A stretch of 64,000 bases of DNA, from contig MNCI01002682.1 in assembly GCA_015680685.1 (NCBI GenBank), positions 716,355 through 780,354 on the forward strand, given 5' to 3'. The stretch's first letter is position 1. Each line of letters begins with the position of its first letter. Of this stretch, positions 11,908-25,776 are shown piece after piece. The notes beneath the pieces were generated by a model. It was not told the origin of the DNA, did not search any database, and was given only the letters and a program-made list of their open reading frames with translations. A program made the translations under genes and the position numbers. The stretch is from Gnetum montanum. Taxonomy: Eukaryota; Plantae; Gnetophyta.

Positions 11908-14900
11908 ATTGTTAATGAATTTACAGGACGATCATGAGCATACTCATGGCAATAGCAATTTAACCGTAGAAACCCTCCAAATTTTTGTGACTGCGAATTC
12001 GATTCCTCTATTGTTTACCGAAATGCCATATTGTGCACATTTGATCAGGATTTATCAACGGACTTGTATTTCAACGTTTGCTAGCAGGCATGTCACTCGT
12101 TTCGCATACCTTGGTGATTACGCAAATTGGCGATATTTGAATATATTTACGAAATCGAAAGTTCAATAAAGGCATAGGGCTTGTGGAAAGAGAGCTTCAA
12201 GGAACAACGAACCTTATGTCATACCCCTCCCTTGGGCCGTTGTTGTATTATGATGGCTGGTTATGTGTTAGCACGTAATAATGACATATGTTTTATGATG
12301 TTTTATGATATTGAGATATGATTTTGATGTTCCTATATGATTATACGACATGATTATACACATTAATTTTGTGAGATGTGCTACATAGGTATTATGATTA
12401 TGAAAGAGAATTAGCGATAGGAGTGGTATGTGATTGTGATTTATGCATAGTGTTTTGCATTTATGCATTTGAGCTATGTGGCTATGCTTAGTGATACTTG
12501 CACTAGTTTTTTGTAGCACATGGATGTGTAGTATGTGTGATGTATTTATCATGGGTTGGATCAATTTTAGATTTGGAGTTCACATGCATGAGTTATGGAG
12601 TGTTGGAGCCCTAAAATAATTGTAATATAGGTACATCCTAAGATATATAGTGCAATTAGAACTTTATAACTTAGTATTGCTCACCAAAATCGAACCCATG
12701 AGTTGAAGCTATCAAGAGTTTTACCAAATGCATGAGTTATGTATCTTTGTATCTTAGGCATTTAGTTCCATCAGAGGAAAATGTTTAGGACTTATGAGAA
12801 TGCTTTTGGTATTGTATGATATATATATATATTAGATAAAACATACATTAATACAAATGTATTTCTTTATCAATCATTTGAGTTCATTGCTTGAAGCATT
12901 TTCAACTAAAACTTGAAACTATCACGGTTGTTTTTGATTGTGTGTCATGAGCTTTTGGGTTTGTTTGGGATCATTTGGGAGCTAGATCTAGCCTTCATGT
13001 TATCTTCTATTAATGGGTTTGGAGCCTAGTTGGATCAAAAAAAAGTTCTATCCATGTTGTGGATTTTCTATGGTTTTCTTGCGCTTTTGTGAGATTTTAG
13101 TTGTGAATGGTGGATTTCCTTTGCTTTCCCTCTATTTCTTCTAATGAGATTGGAGTGTGTGTATTCATGTGCATGGGTGTTTGGGATGTATAGAGGCTTG
13201 AAAGGTTTGTATTTTTGTTTGTTTGTTTGGATTCAATATGTCATGAGATAGTATCATCAATTTGCATGCATGATGTTCTATGTGTTTGCTTAGAATCAAC
13301 CATTATTGATATTGTCTAAGGACCCCAAGGATCTATTGTTGTGAGTCATAGGATTGCCAAACCAAGATTTTATATGTTTTTGTACTATTTATGTTTTCAA
13401 CATTTTCAAGTTGAAACTTTACACAAACCACAAGTCACAATCAACTTTCAATCTAGTTGCAATGCAAGTTAGTAAGGAATGCAAGTTGTAATTGTCACAC
13501 TGTTCAGTTTTAATGCATTGCGTATGTAATATGACCTGAGGTACGAGTCGCAGCCCACTTATGATGTTGATCACAACCCCATCAAGAGTTATAATGAGGG
13601 ATTTTGAAATTTTATTACTCGTTTGGACATAGAACAATCTACAAGGTGCTTCACAATGAAAAGTCACGTGTTGTAATCTAAAGAAAATGAACTCATAACA
13701 AGTCATGGTTTAGTGGTGGCCAAGTTGCAATTTGATGTAAATGAATGTATGGTTAGTTAAAGCTTTGAATTGTTTGTAAATGCTTATGTGTGTGTTGGCT
13801 ATCTACAATATGTGTTCATGGGGCACTTTAACCCATGTATGCTTGGTATTGTGTGTGTATGTTGGACTTGTGCTTAGTACATGATTATGAGTATGCATTG
13901 TTGAGGTCATGTATGTGGTATTGTAATGTGTTTGATGTGATGTGGATAATCTTGATACCCTCACCACTAATCATGTTTATGATGGTATGTGTTACTATGT
14001 GATGTGCAGGCTTGTAAGCAAGGTCATAGCACTAGTTGCTTATAATTATTATTTCTTGATGCATGTGTGATATTGATATGTGTTGATGATACATGTGGCA
14101 TAAGTTGCCAATGTATGTTTGTTTTGGCTTAAGCAAGCCTAATGAGACATCTTGAAGGATATGTATAGACCCCCATTATGATGCATCAATGAGGTAGCAT
14201 GGAGATGTTAGCTTAGCAATAAGACTCTTGATTTGAAAACTCTAAGTTACAGGTTCAATTTTGGTAAGAAATGTTGAGTTATAAAGTTCTATTTGGACTA
14301 TATATCTTGGTGTGTACCTATATTACAATCATTTTAGGGTTCCAACACCTCCACCACCACCCTCCCCCTCTAAAATCCTAATGCATCACTGAGGCTCAAG
14401 CCTCATCTTGAAAGTGGAAGAGTGTAGACATGTTTATTCTTATAGTTGGTATTTGGTACAGGCAAGGCTTAGTAGTGCCTATGACCAAACCTCCAAAAGG
14501 CTAATGGCTGCAAGTCATAGGTCACAAGTCCTAGCACTAGTTGAAATTGATAATGAAACTAATAAAATATTTGTAAGAACTTGATTTATGAGTACTTATG
14601 TCTATTGATCACATGCTACACTAAGTATGAATAAACTAGCAATCACATACATTTGGTATTTGGCTAATATTTAGTACTTGTCTAGTCTTAGTAGTGATGA
14701 ATGTGTCAATGTTGTGTATGTTGTGCTTTTGTGATGATTTGGAGTAGTAAGATGTAAGGCTTAGTAGTGGATCAATGTTGTCTTATGTGATGATGTAATT
14801 ATACGTTGTGACTTGAGACTTAGTAGCAAGTTTTTATGAATGGTTTGGATTTATGCATATGATTACTATGGGATATAGGTTATCATGTATGTTAGGTTTG

Positions 14901-16170
14901 ATTGTCATGGGATACAGGTTTTGATTAGAGTCTATATGATTAGTGAGGATCATAAGTTATCATATGAGTCTACATATATGACATTGGGATAATGATTGTT
15001 GTGTATGTACTATGTGTGTATGTCTAATGTGATGAATGCTCCTCCTCTAGTGTGATGTTTGTTAGCCATCTAATAGGGGAAGTGCAAAGGATTTCCACTT
15101 AGTGTATTCTAATCTTGTGTTTTTCAAGTCATGGAACTAGTGGTTAAAGAGGACATCAAGGCTAATATTGTACATATTTGTGTATTTGAAGTACATGTAT
15201 CTTTGGTTTTAATATGATAAACTAATGGGTTGATTATTTTGAGTTTATGGTTGAGACTTAGGTATATGATATTTTGAGGATGTGGATAGCAAGCTTAATG
15301 TGTTAAGAAAATGCAATGGCTAAAAAAATGGAATATCTCTTGTGAGGAAGTGTAGAAAAATCCTAAGAATATTCACCAATTAATTAAGCAAAATGTTTTA
15401 ACATAAATGTATTCTAATGTAGAAAGTAAGAAACAATTTTATTTGCATCACATGATATCTAATAAACTAGATGCAAAAGCTCACTATCTATCAATTGCTA
15501 TTTTAATGAAGTATCAAAGTGTTATTAGTAAGCTTGCTTAAGTTCATATCATCTTAGAATTAAAAGTAGAAGATGGATTCAACTACCCTGAGAAGAGCAT
15601 ACTTATAGGTTGTGCAAGTTAGGAGCCTTTGAAGACAAATTGCATGTGTTTCTTTTTGTGCTACAACTACCCATTTGAGATAGCATTATAATGTTATAGC
15701 AAAACACTTGTGTGATTTGTTTTTGTTTTTCTCATTAGTGCTTCATCAATATGTAGAGTTTGTCTTTATTTTAAATAAAAATGCAATATCTATCCAATAA
15801 ATCCTATGGGTTTTCAAACATAATAAAGCCTTAGTTTTATTTTTAGTTTTAACTTCATTAGTAATATACTATGATTAGTGATTTGGTTATGCTCAGTGAG
15901 CATATCATGTGATTTTAATTTTTAGTGATTGCTTCCACATTGAATACCTTGATCCATCACATGTGTTATGTTCATTTAGCATTGATTCTCTAATTTTTGA
16001 TGTGATTTTGGGCATACCATTATCTTTGCTTAGATGTGATAGAAGGGTAATAATTATGATACTGAAACAAGGGTTTATACAAGTCATGTGGTACTTGTGA
16101 TGCTTACTTGTTTGTGATTTTAAACCATAGAGATGATAGATAGAAGGAGTTTTTGTATTGGTAGAGCACA

Positions 16171-18892
16171 TGGTCCTAACGAGGCAAAGCCATCCGAGCA
16201 ACATGTATAGCCAAAGTGGTTATAATAGTTAAATGGTAGTGGATTAAAGAGTGGTCAAGTTGAGATTGCCCAACACTTATTGTAGTTTTTACGTCAACAT
16301 GCAATAAGTGATACATCCACTATAATTGTAAGAGAGATGGGGAGTGGTAATTATAAAGGTGATGTTGAGAGGAACAGGTAACCAATTAGCAAGGAGTTAG
16401 TGAAGCAAGCCTACAAGTTAGGATCTTCAACATATACTAACACTAAAAATCGTAAGATGGTGACCTAGTGGCTTGAGAAACTAGGGAAGGTATTTGATTT
16501 GATGGATTGTACATGACCACGATAGACTAAATTAGTAATATATCAACTAGTGGACACTACAAGGTGCTAGTGGAAAAACAAACATTAGGCAAAGGGATGG
16601 ATAGATTAGAAGGTTTAGTGGATAGATTTCTTGATAACCTTTCAAATGAGATATGTGTCTATTGAGTATGATCAAGCAAAGGAGGACACATTCTATTAAT
16701 TATTTTAGGGCAACTAGTTAGTAGCAGAGTATGATACTCAATTCTTCAAGTTGAGTAGTTATATTCTACAAACAAGGATAAATAGTATGGCTAGTATGAA
16801 AATATTTACTGGGGGATTGAGGCCTTCATTAAAGAACTACATTATACCACTCAAGCCAACATTCCACAATGATGTTAAAGTTATGATCATGGATTTAGAG
16901 AGGAGTTAGTATCTAGATGTAGCATATTGGAATACAAGGCATGCCTATAAGAGAGGACTACCACCCAAAGATAGGCTAAGAGGGATCAAGTAGGCTCATG
17001 GATAGCATGGTGAATGGTAGTGGTAGCTAGCTAGTGGTTCTACACCTATTGCTAGTCATAGAGCTCTAATGTGCTTTAGATGAGGATATCCTAGACATTT
17101 ATAAAGATATTACCAAATTTGTTTTGCATGTGATTAACCAATTAGCACTATGCATTGGACATAGTCCTAAGACATGAAAACTTAGTTAAAACTCCACTAA
17201 TAACAATTCCAAGCCTGGATACAAAAGGATATGGTTTAGCACCAAGTTGGCAGTTGGTTGTAAAACCTTGCCAAATCTAATGGATGGGTTTCTTTTTCAG
17301 GTTTTGCGAATGCTAGGGCATTCCCCATATGCAATGTGCAGTAGTTACATTATTGAATATAATTTGAAGAAACTACAAATAAACAAAGATAGAGTTTTCA
17401 TAGAGGCAAATGGTGAAAAAAAAAACTCATATAGTTGACCCCATTTTATTGGGATAAGGCTAGGATGATGATGATGATGTGATCGATCACGGCATCAAGC
17501 TAGAGGTTATTAAAGTATGTAGAAGATGGTAAGGAGGTGGTTAAGGCCAGAGAGCACCTAAGGCACATCCAAGATAAGGTGAATGAGATGCATTTGTAAC
17601 ACAACTAGGTGGAGCATGAAAAAGAATCTATGATTGGATATTCACTCTACTAAACCATTCAATGGATATGTAGTCCAATACTATGATAGAAATAGAAGGT
17701 ACAATTTCACACCTTTAAATGTTGATTTTATTTGATCTTGACACTCTACATTCATTTATAGATACTAGTATTATGCATCAATTATACCTAAGTGTTGCTC
17801 TCTCCATATTAGATTACTGGTATCCTCTATTGGGGATCATGAGACTTGAGTTAATTAGGTATGCAAAGATGTGCCAATAGGTTTTTTGGATGTTTAGAGG
17901 CTAGTGATTTTCATGTCATGAAACTCATGGAGTGCAATGTGATATTAGGCATGGACTAATTGTCAAAGTACAATGCTAGTCTATATTGTTGATAGAAGCT
18001 CGTGAAGTTATAAATAGCAAATGATGCATATATTGAGGTGCAAGTCAATCATAGTCAATGAGGTTTGATTTGATATCCTTGATAGTGTTTCACAAGATGC
18101 TTTGGAAGGGGCATTAGTGTTATGTATTCTCAATGTATAGACTAGAGATAGTTGAGATTGAGTAGATTTTTGTGGTCCAAGAGTTCCTAGATATGTTTTG
18201 AACAGAACTACAAGGTTTATAGCTAAGGCTTAAGGTTGAGTTTAAGATTAAGCTAAAGCCAAGTACAAAGCCCATTTCAAAGGTTTCATATAACACATCT
18301 CTAGTGAAGTTAGCGAAGTTGTAAATATAGTTGTAGGAGTTAGAGATAAATGTTTTATTTGGCCTAGTGTATTAGCATGGACTACACTAGTCCTACTTCT
18401 TAGGAAGAAGGATGATAGTTTGCAATCATGCATTGATTATAGGTAGCTTAACCAAGTTATTATAAAGAACAAGTATCCATTTTTGTGCATTGATAACTTA
18501 TTTGATTAGCTTTGGAATGCCCAAGTGTTTTCTAAGATTCAATTCAAGTCTAATTACCATTAGGTGAAGGTTTGAGAATAAGAATAAAAGATAATATTCT
18601 AGATGTATTATGATCATTACAAGCTTTTGGTGCTTTCATGTGAACTCATGAACACATCAATAGTCTTCATGCATCTTAGGAATAGTGTGTTGCGGTCATA
18701 TTTGGATTAATTTATGAATGTCTTTATAGATGATATTCTAGTATAGTTACCTAATGAGAAGTCATATGTAGAGCACTTGTAGATAGTGTTATAGACTCGG
18801 AGAAAAGTATTAGTTGTATGCTTAATTTTTTAAGCATTTGTTTTGGCATATACAGATCTAGTTCTTAGGGCATGTGGTATTAAGGGCTAGCA
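16171..18892 (+). pseudogene. Element A gag-PR-RT (5' part), heavily degenerate
   Basis: Remnants VAEYDTQFFKLS, CFR.GY..H, LFD..TLHSFI, CIDYR*LNQVIIKNKYP, VFIDDILV, FLGHVV. Confidence 0.85.
17350..17480 (+). mobile_element. RTE 3' fragment inserted in element A
   Basis: RTE C-terminus-like LKKLQINKDRV followed by gttgaccccattttattgggataaggctag(gat)n. Confidence 0.7.
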
Positions 18893-21800
18893 TGTAACAC
18901 CTTGGTGATTAGACATAGAACTTATGCTTTATTAGCTATTATTTTATGCTCAGTTTTATCATAAGTTTGTATTTTAATTATAACATTGTCTATGATATAA
19001 TAATATTTTTTAGTATTAGCTTATACTAGTAATGGCTAATGCAATTTCTCTTTATGCTTGATGGGATTTGAACTTGAGATCTTTGTAATGATTGTAATGC
19101 ATCTTGAGGTTTCAACACTTGACCCTTACTTACATGTGATACACTAGTATTTTATTAATCTTTTGATTTAGTAATTCTTTTATTCTTTTTACTTTTTGAT
19201 TAATCTTTTATAATGTCTTGATGAGCGGCAAGTACCCCCTACTCCCAACCATACGAATTACAACCATTCACATGCAATCTAGTTGAATTCCATGGATGGG
19301 ACAAGTTTGATATCTAGATCATTAAGCATTGATCGTAGGACATTATCTTCCCACTTGGACTAGTGGTAACTTTGTCATGTATGGTTTAGTCTAAAGCGAG
19401 ACATATGATAGTTGATGTTGTTGCGGCCTTATGATACTCTTAATAATAATAGAGAAAATAGTTATTTAATCTAATTAACAACTAGAAGATAAATTCTAAA
19501 CCAGCCTAAGGGCAATGAATGTTTATTCCCAACTTTTTGTACATGTCCTAAACTCATGTATCCACTACTAGGATTGCCAAGCATTATTCTACTAGGCGAA
19601 CCAAGCAATAGTGCTACTGGGATTACCAAGTGAATACATGTTTACAGTTGAAGCTCATCATGCTCATTCCGTTGATTGATTGATGAGTGGCGAGGTACCC
19701 CTACACTAAACCATACAAAACGAGCATAGCACAAGCGATCCGGATGAACTCCGCAGACTAAATGCCTACACGTCCCATGGAACACTTCAGGTTAATCATT
19801 CGTTGTCTTCCCAGACTTACTTGTAGTTGTCACGGTGTATGGTTAAGTAAGTCCGAGGTATATGATTTTTATAGCTTTTCTGTTTTTCTCCTATGCTATC
19901 GAGGTGAAAGGTTGAGAAACTAACTAGCTCTAACTAATGAACTAAGTCTAAGTTAACTAGCGTCAGCATCCGTTCCCACTNNNNNNNNNNNNNNNNNNNN
20001 NNNNNNNNNNNNNNNNNNNNNNNNNNNNNNNNNNNNNNNNNNNNNNNNNNNNNNNNNNNNNNNNNNNNNNCCTATTCCATGCACTGCAAGGTTTATCCAC
20101 AAAGCTCGTCTTTATTGCCGTACACAACTTGTGTTCAGGTACAAAGCTGCTCGAATAAAGATCCGTTCACTTGGGAACTCCTACTGCGGTCACATGGAAA
20201 ATATTCTATCTCTGGAGTGATCAATCTGCTAGAGTTTTTCTACTTCTAGCCTAGGATTGGAAATAAGGGGAGTGCCGCCTCTTATTTATAGATATGGCGA
20301 CGGACCGTGATATCACGTACGCAACATCGCAGGGGACAACGTGATATTGCGTACGCAATATCGCAACTCATGCGAATCGCGTCTCATCATACCCCCATGA
20401 TTGAATGAAAACTCGTCCTCGAGTTCCTTACAATAATATCAGGAAGGTATGGAATTATTGAGGGGAATGAAACTAATGGGATGACATGTGAATGAATCAT
20501 CATTACAAGACTTGACAAAACTGGTGTTCATGACAACAAGGGTGAACACCTTATTACAATGACATCAGGCCTTAGTTGGCAGCTGAGAAGAAAGAGAGAG
20601 AAAGAAGTGTTGCTGCTGCCAACACCAAGATTGCACCTTTGTTGTCCATCCATAAGTGCACCATCGATCTTGCTCCTTGCATAGCTACTTCAGCGCTGCT
20701 CCATTCCAAATGTTTGCTCCAGATCCGATCCGTTGTTGTATGAGCGCCATCTACACACACAACACAATCTTATATTAGCAAGGGTAAATGAATCATCACG
20801 TAATTGATACCTTGCTTTGGTGTAAGTTCATTGGCTAGGTTGTGGTATGGCTGATATGGATATGGGAATATATTAATGAGGACTACCGAAGGTGTAGGGG
20901 TTAGGAAGAAAATCAAAAATTTCGGGGCTAAGAGAAAATCGAAAAAATCGGGCCCCGTACTCCTATGACTAATCGCAAACCTCCGATAGCGTTAGAATGG
21001 AGAAAGAAAAGGAGGAAGAAAGATAGATAAAAAGGGACAACTGAAAACATCAGTGAAATGGATGTCAAGATGGAAATGAACAAAAGAAAATTAATTGCAA
21101 AAATGTTAGGGAAAAGAAGTTAACTGGTGCATCAAATAGGAATGTCAGTGGGTCCTCCCCAAAGCAGGCTCATGCCCTTAATGCCCTGACAGACCCACAT
21201 TCAAAGAGTCCGTAGGCTTTGGGAATGTCCTTTGGAACAAGAGTTAAAGTCTTAACCGCAAGCGTTTACCAAAAAGAAAACAATGCATCAACCAAAATAT
21301 ATACACTAATGATACAACCGGTAATGAGGTGAACAATGGAGAGAAGGATGGAGGGAAGAGAATGGAATGGAATCCCAAGAACAAAGTGGTGTACAGCGCC
21401 TTTTGTGTTTTATGATTAATGTGACTTGGCAAGTCTCATTCCAACTCTGGCCTCAAACCAACCACATCCAGTGACTTCGCATCAATGCATTCGACCAAAC
21501 CATCCACTTGGATAACAAGGATGCATCTCCAATGAGCCACCACCATTTCAACGAAACAAATGAGAGAATGGGAAGCGAGAAGGGCCTTAGTTAGAGGGAA
21601 CACTTTTGGTTCTATAACCAATGCTTGTAGCCCAAGTTTATTTCGTCTAAGGGGTGTGCTTTGAATTCTCACTCTTTTTTTTTGTGTTTTGTGTTTTTAT
21701 GTGTGGGAACCACACCATGCAAAGACTTTTTATTTTTGTTGTCTCAGCTTCCGATAATTGGGGTAACATCGGAACGGTAAGAAAACTCAAGAAGAAAAAC

Positions 21801-22075
21801 ATCCAAGCACCCAAGAGAATGGCCAACACAAAAGCATCAAGTTCCCTTGAAGCCATACCCTTTGCAATCCTTAAGTCCTTCCTTAGTTTGAGAAATGCCC
21901 AGTCACTGATTCATTTAAGTTCTTATTANNNNNNNNNNNNNNNNNNNNNNNNNNNNNNNNNNNNNNNNNNNNNNNNNNNNNNNNNNNNNNNNNNNNNNNN
22001 NNNNNNNNNNNNNNNNNNNNNNNNNNNNNNNNNNNNNNNNNNNNNNNNNNNNNNNNNNNNNNNNNNNNNNNNNNN

Positions 22076-22295
22076 AAAAGTATAACGATGTTGTAAAACA
22101 AAAAATAAAAAAAGTTAAAGAAAGTTGTAAAACAAAAATTAGAAAAGTTAAAGAAATTGTAAAACAAAAACATGTAAAACAAAAACTTGAAAAACAAAAA
22201 TGTGTAAAACAAAAACGTTGTAAAACAAAAACGTGTAAGACAAAAACGTTGTAAAACAAAAACTTGTAAAACAAAAACGTGTAAAACAAAAATCG
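22076..22295. repeat. Tandem array of a 16-17 bp unit (GTAAAACAAAAACGTT-like) in D
   Basis: Roughly a dozen visible units, abutting the N gap at 21929-22075. Confidence 0.9.
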
Positions 22296-22395
22296 AAAAA
22301 GAATTGAGGGCCCCATATGATTAGCATAGGTGGCCATCTCCCCCATGACTGAGTTGTAAGGGAGAGATCCGAAATAATGAGCGTCTATTTGAATT

Positions 22396-25300
22396 TCATA
22401 GAAGTGCCCAACTTCTCCCAACTGATGTTCTTAGGTTGAGGGGTGGAAGTTGGCGACGCTCATATTTCAATGTGTCTATGCCTTCGTTGTTGGCATGGGT
22501 TTCCTCAGTTCGTTCCATGCATATTTGGTTGCTCCTTCGAGTAGCTGTCAACCATGGGGTGTCTACTACTTCTTGTGTGGTTGCTACATACAGACATCTT
22601 TGTTGCAAAGTTTCAAGGGCACACCTATTACGTGGAGGCATTTCCTCCATGTCATCTCCCGATGAATCACTATATGTGATGCATGGAACTTTCCTCTTCT
22701 TGATCTTTCCACAAATGTTTATCTTAGAGATTTCCAAGGAAAGATCGCAGATCCTAAGGCATGTGTCCACTATACTTAGCCATGCCCTTCCCATTATAAT
22801 TGGGAAGTCCCCCTCGTTGTTGTTCACTTCAATCACCAGAAAATCAGCTGGGTAGGACCAACCACACATAATGGTAATGATGTCCTCCACCAATCCCAAG
22901 GGAATGGTGATGGACTGGTCTACCAGCTCTAGTTGAATGTTGCTCTTCTTAAGTTGGGGTAGGTTCCAGGCATGATACATCTCTCGTGAAATTAAGTTGA
23001 CTCCAGAACCTGAGTTAAGAAGAGCCCTATGTGGTTTATCTCCGGTGACTTGAAGGTAGATTAAGGGACTCCCAGGGTCAGTTAGTTTCCTGGGAAGGTG
23101 GCCTACCTTGATCCAGTCAGTTATGGTGTGTGTTAACATAACCGTATGTGTTACGCTCTGATTTTGGACTGAAGGATGCTTTGAAGTGTTAGATGGTGGA
23201 GGCGTGTACAAGGGCTCAACCGCCTGTTGTTGCGAGAGTTTGTCTAGGCTTTTGGTTCTAAAGTAGGGTCTTCTCTTTTTACAGTTTTTAGAACCAGCAG
23301 CAGGTTGAATATTTACAGCTCTCGTAGCGTGACGTTGCTGCGGTTGAGGAGGAAGTTCCCCTTGCATTGTTGAAGTAGGAGGTGTTGTGGGAACTACAAG
23401 TGGAAGAGGTGCGGATGGATTTGGAGGATGGGATGAGTGTGAGATGTCTCCCAGAGGAGAAGGAGTCCTCTTGAAGTACTCTCGAACTTGGTAATGATGG
23501 TTGGGGGTTGTGTGACTCATAGAGTCACCTGGAGAAATCGACTGCTACACATAATAACCATAAGGATTGGGCTGCTGGTAAGGGTACTTTTGTGTTGGTG
23601 GTGGCATCCCCCATGACTGTGGGTATTGCCACTGCTAATGCTGTCCGATGGGCTGTGGTGGAGTTCCACTTGGATAATATGTTAATGTTTGGTGGAATTG
23701 CCTTGGGTTACCTTGTGGATAAGGTAACCTGCGGGGTGTTTACCGTTGGTTGAGTCTTGGATTTAGTGCATACACCCTAGACTCCTGTAGATGTGAGATG
23801 ATGGGGCAACATCCCTTAGGATGGTCATAATGACAGATCTTACATCCACCATCATCATCTGTGTCAGAGTCCACAGCCTCATCGGAGATAAGAATTTTTC
23901 TCTTACCCTTGTTATGTGCAGGGCTTGAATTTCTCTTCTTTGTCTTACCTTTGTCACTACTTTGTTCCTCCTTAGACTCTTCTACGATTTTCAAGACTGT
24001 TTCAATTCTCGAGTCTACGGAATCCCACATTTGGTCTACCTTGGCCGATACCTCGGTTGTTAATTTTTGGATTGGCAAAGTTTTTCGATTCACCAACTCT
24101 TCGAGTGGTGACTCATCCTCCGCATCACAAAATTTTACTCCCTTCTTGCGAAGGGAGGGATCGTGGTTGTATTCTTCTGCACTTTCCCTTTTACGTAGTT
24201 CACCCTCTTCTTGCGCTACTTGTTCCAACAAGCTATGTACTTCATGGGCTCTAAGTTGTGAGAGTCTCCCTTGGGCATAAGTTCCAAGGGTTCTCCTAGT
24301 TTCATGCTTTAGCCCATCCACAATGTGGTGAAGTTGATTCGGCTGAGCGTACCCATGGCCCGGGCAACGATGTAACAATGTGTAGTAGTGGGCCATGGTA
24401 GCATCAAAGGGTTCATATGTACCTTGTTTCTAGCCTTGGATTTGCTTACACAAATTGGACACTCTGGAGTACGTCTGATACTTATCGTTGAAGAGTTCTA
24501 GCATCGTACTCCACCTCCTGATGGTTTTCGGTTCTAAGGACCGATACCAACTCTCTGCTTCCTTGGTGAGTGTCCTTGGGAACAACTTAAGTTTTTGCCA
24601 CTCATTTTCTATATTCTGCAAGGCATAGGCATCGTGGAATTCGTATAAATGATTTTTTAGATTAGCATTGTATCCCCCTTCAAATCATGGGATGTTGTTC
24701 ATGTCTAAACACCTGATCCGACTATCTTTTAAATGCCTTGTGGGAATCCTAACAGCCTCTGTTATGTTAAGCATACTTCGGGTTGCGAGTAGGGGCTCGT
24801 CATGATCATCTCTTTCATGATGCCTGTGATTACTGCGTTGTTCCCTACTCTCCCTACGTCCTTGCCCTTGTCCTCTCTCTCGACTTTCCCGTCAAGGTCT
24901 TTCATCCTTCTACCTTTATACTCACCTTTATGTTCATGATGGTTGTGCCTAGATGTGGAAGGAGAGGGTGAGTGATGGGATGAAGGAGAAGAAGAAGAGG
25001 AACCATCGCCATGACGATGTTTCTTGCCTTCTCTTCGGTTGCTACGGCCCCGATCATGGTGACGATCTAAGTGCTCATCCTTAGCATGAGTGGTTGTTCC
25101 CTCTGTGAACCGTTGGTACTCACGGGCATCAGAACCATGGTTATGTATCGTTGATCGTAGATTCTGATACCCAACCTCCTCACCATCGTTAGGAGGGGGA
25201 ACATCATTTGCTAAAGAACCCGTGATAAGGGGTTTCTCATCTCCTATTTCGCTAAGGACGTGTGAGGCTTTGCCCTTCAGAAAAGTATGTTGACTCTCTT

Positions 25301-25481
25301 GCCTTAAGTCTCTCATACATTGGGCATCTGTGGGATAATAATCCCTCATGTCAAAATCTTCCAGAACGTATTCAGCAAATAGTTCTTGTATGCCTATTTG
25401 TGCCAAGGCACGGAAAAGCATGCGAGAGACTGATCGATCTGGGCGTAACACGATGTTACCTTGCAAATCTCTCCATCGCAA
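22396..25481 (-). pseudogene. Element D gag-protease polyprotein (interrupted)
   Basis: LKLFPRTLTKEAESWY (retrotransposon gag), LPRKLTDPGSP, ALLNSGSGVNL (protease site with D>N), LELVDQS...GLVED, PIIMGRAWL. Confidence 0.9.
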
Positions 25482-25776
25482 CTGTTCGTCTTGATGGAGG
25501 ATAAAAGTAAAGTCTGGAATATACTCATCGGGATGAGTATAAACTATCTTGTATTGTTTAGGACTTGGCTGATTTCGGCTATGTGTTTTATGTTGCTGAC
25601 TATCTCGTGTATGGTCCTTAGGTGGTTAGTTGCTCTTATGAGAAGAAGACATTTTTATTGGTGTGCTATTTCACCGTTATATAATTTTTTATCTTTTGAT
25701 TAACCTGAAGGTTCTTTTAGGCTCACAACGATGTGAGTGATATCCTTTATGTTCTATTCAGTGCACAAACACTTAG

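Noticed and set aside
14190-14420. Possible tRNA-derived SINE inside A's 5' LTR
   Set aside because: A- and B-box matches are too degenerate and no TSD was found.
21654-22421. ORFs spanning the N gap and the tandem array
   Set aside because: Artefacts of N runs and low-complexity repeats.
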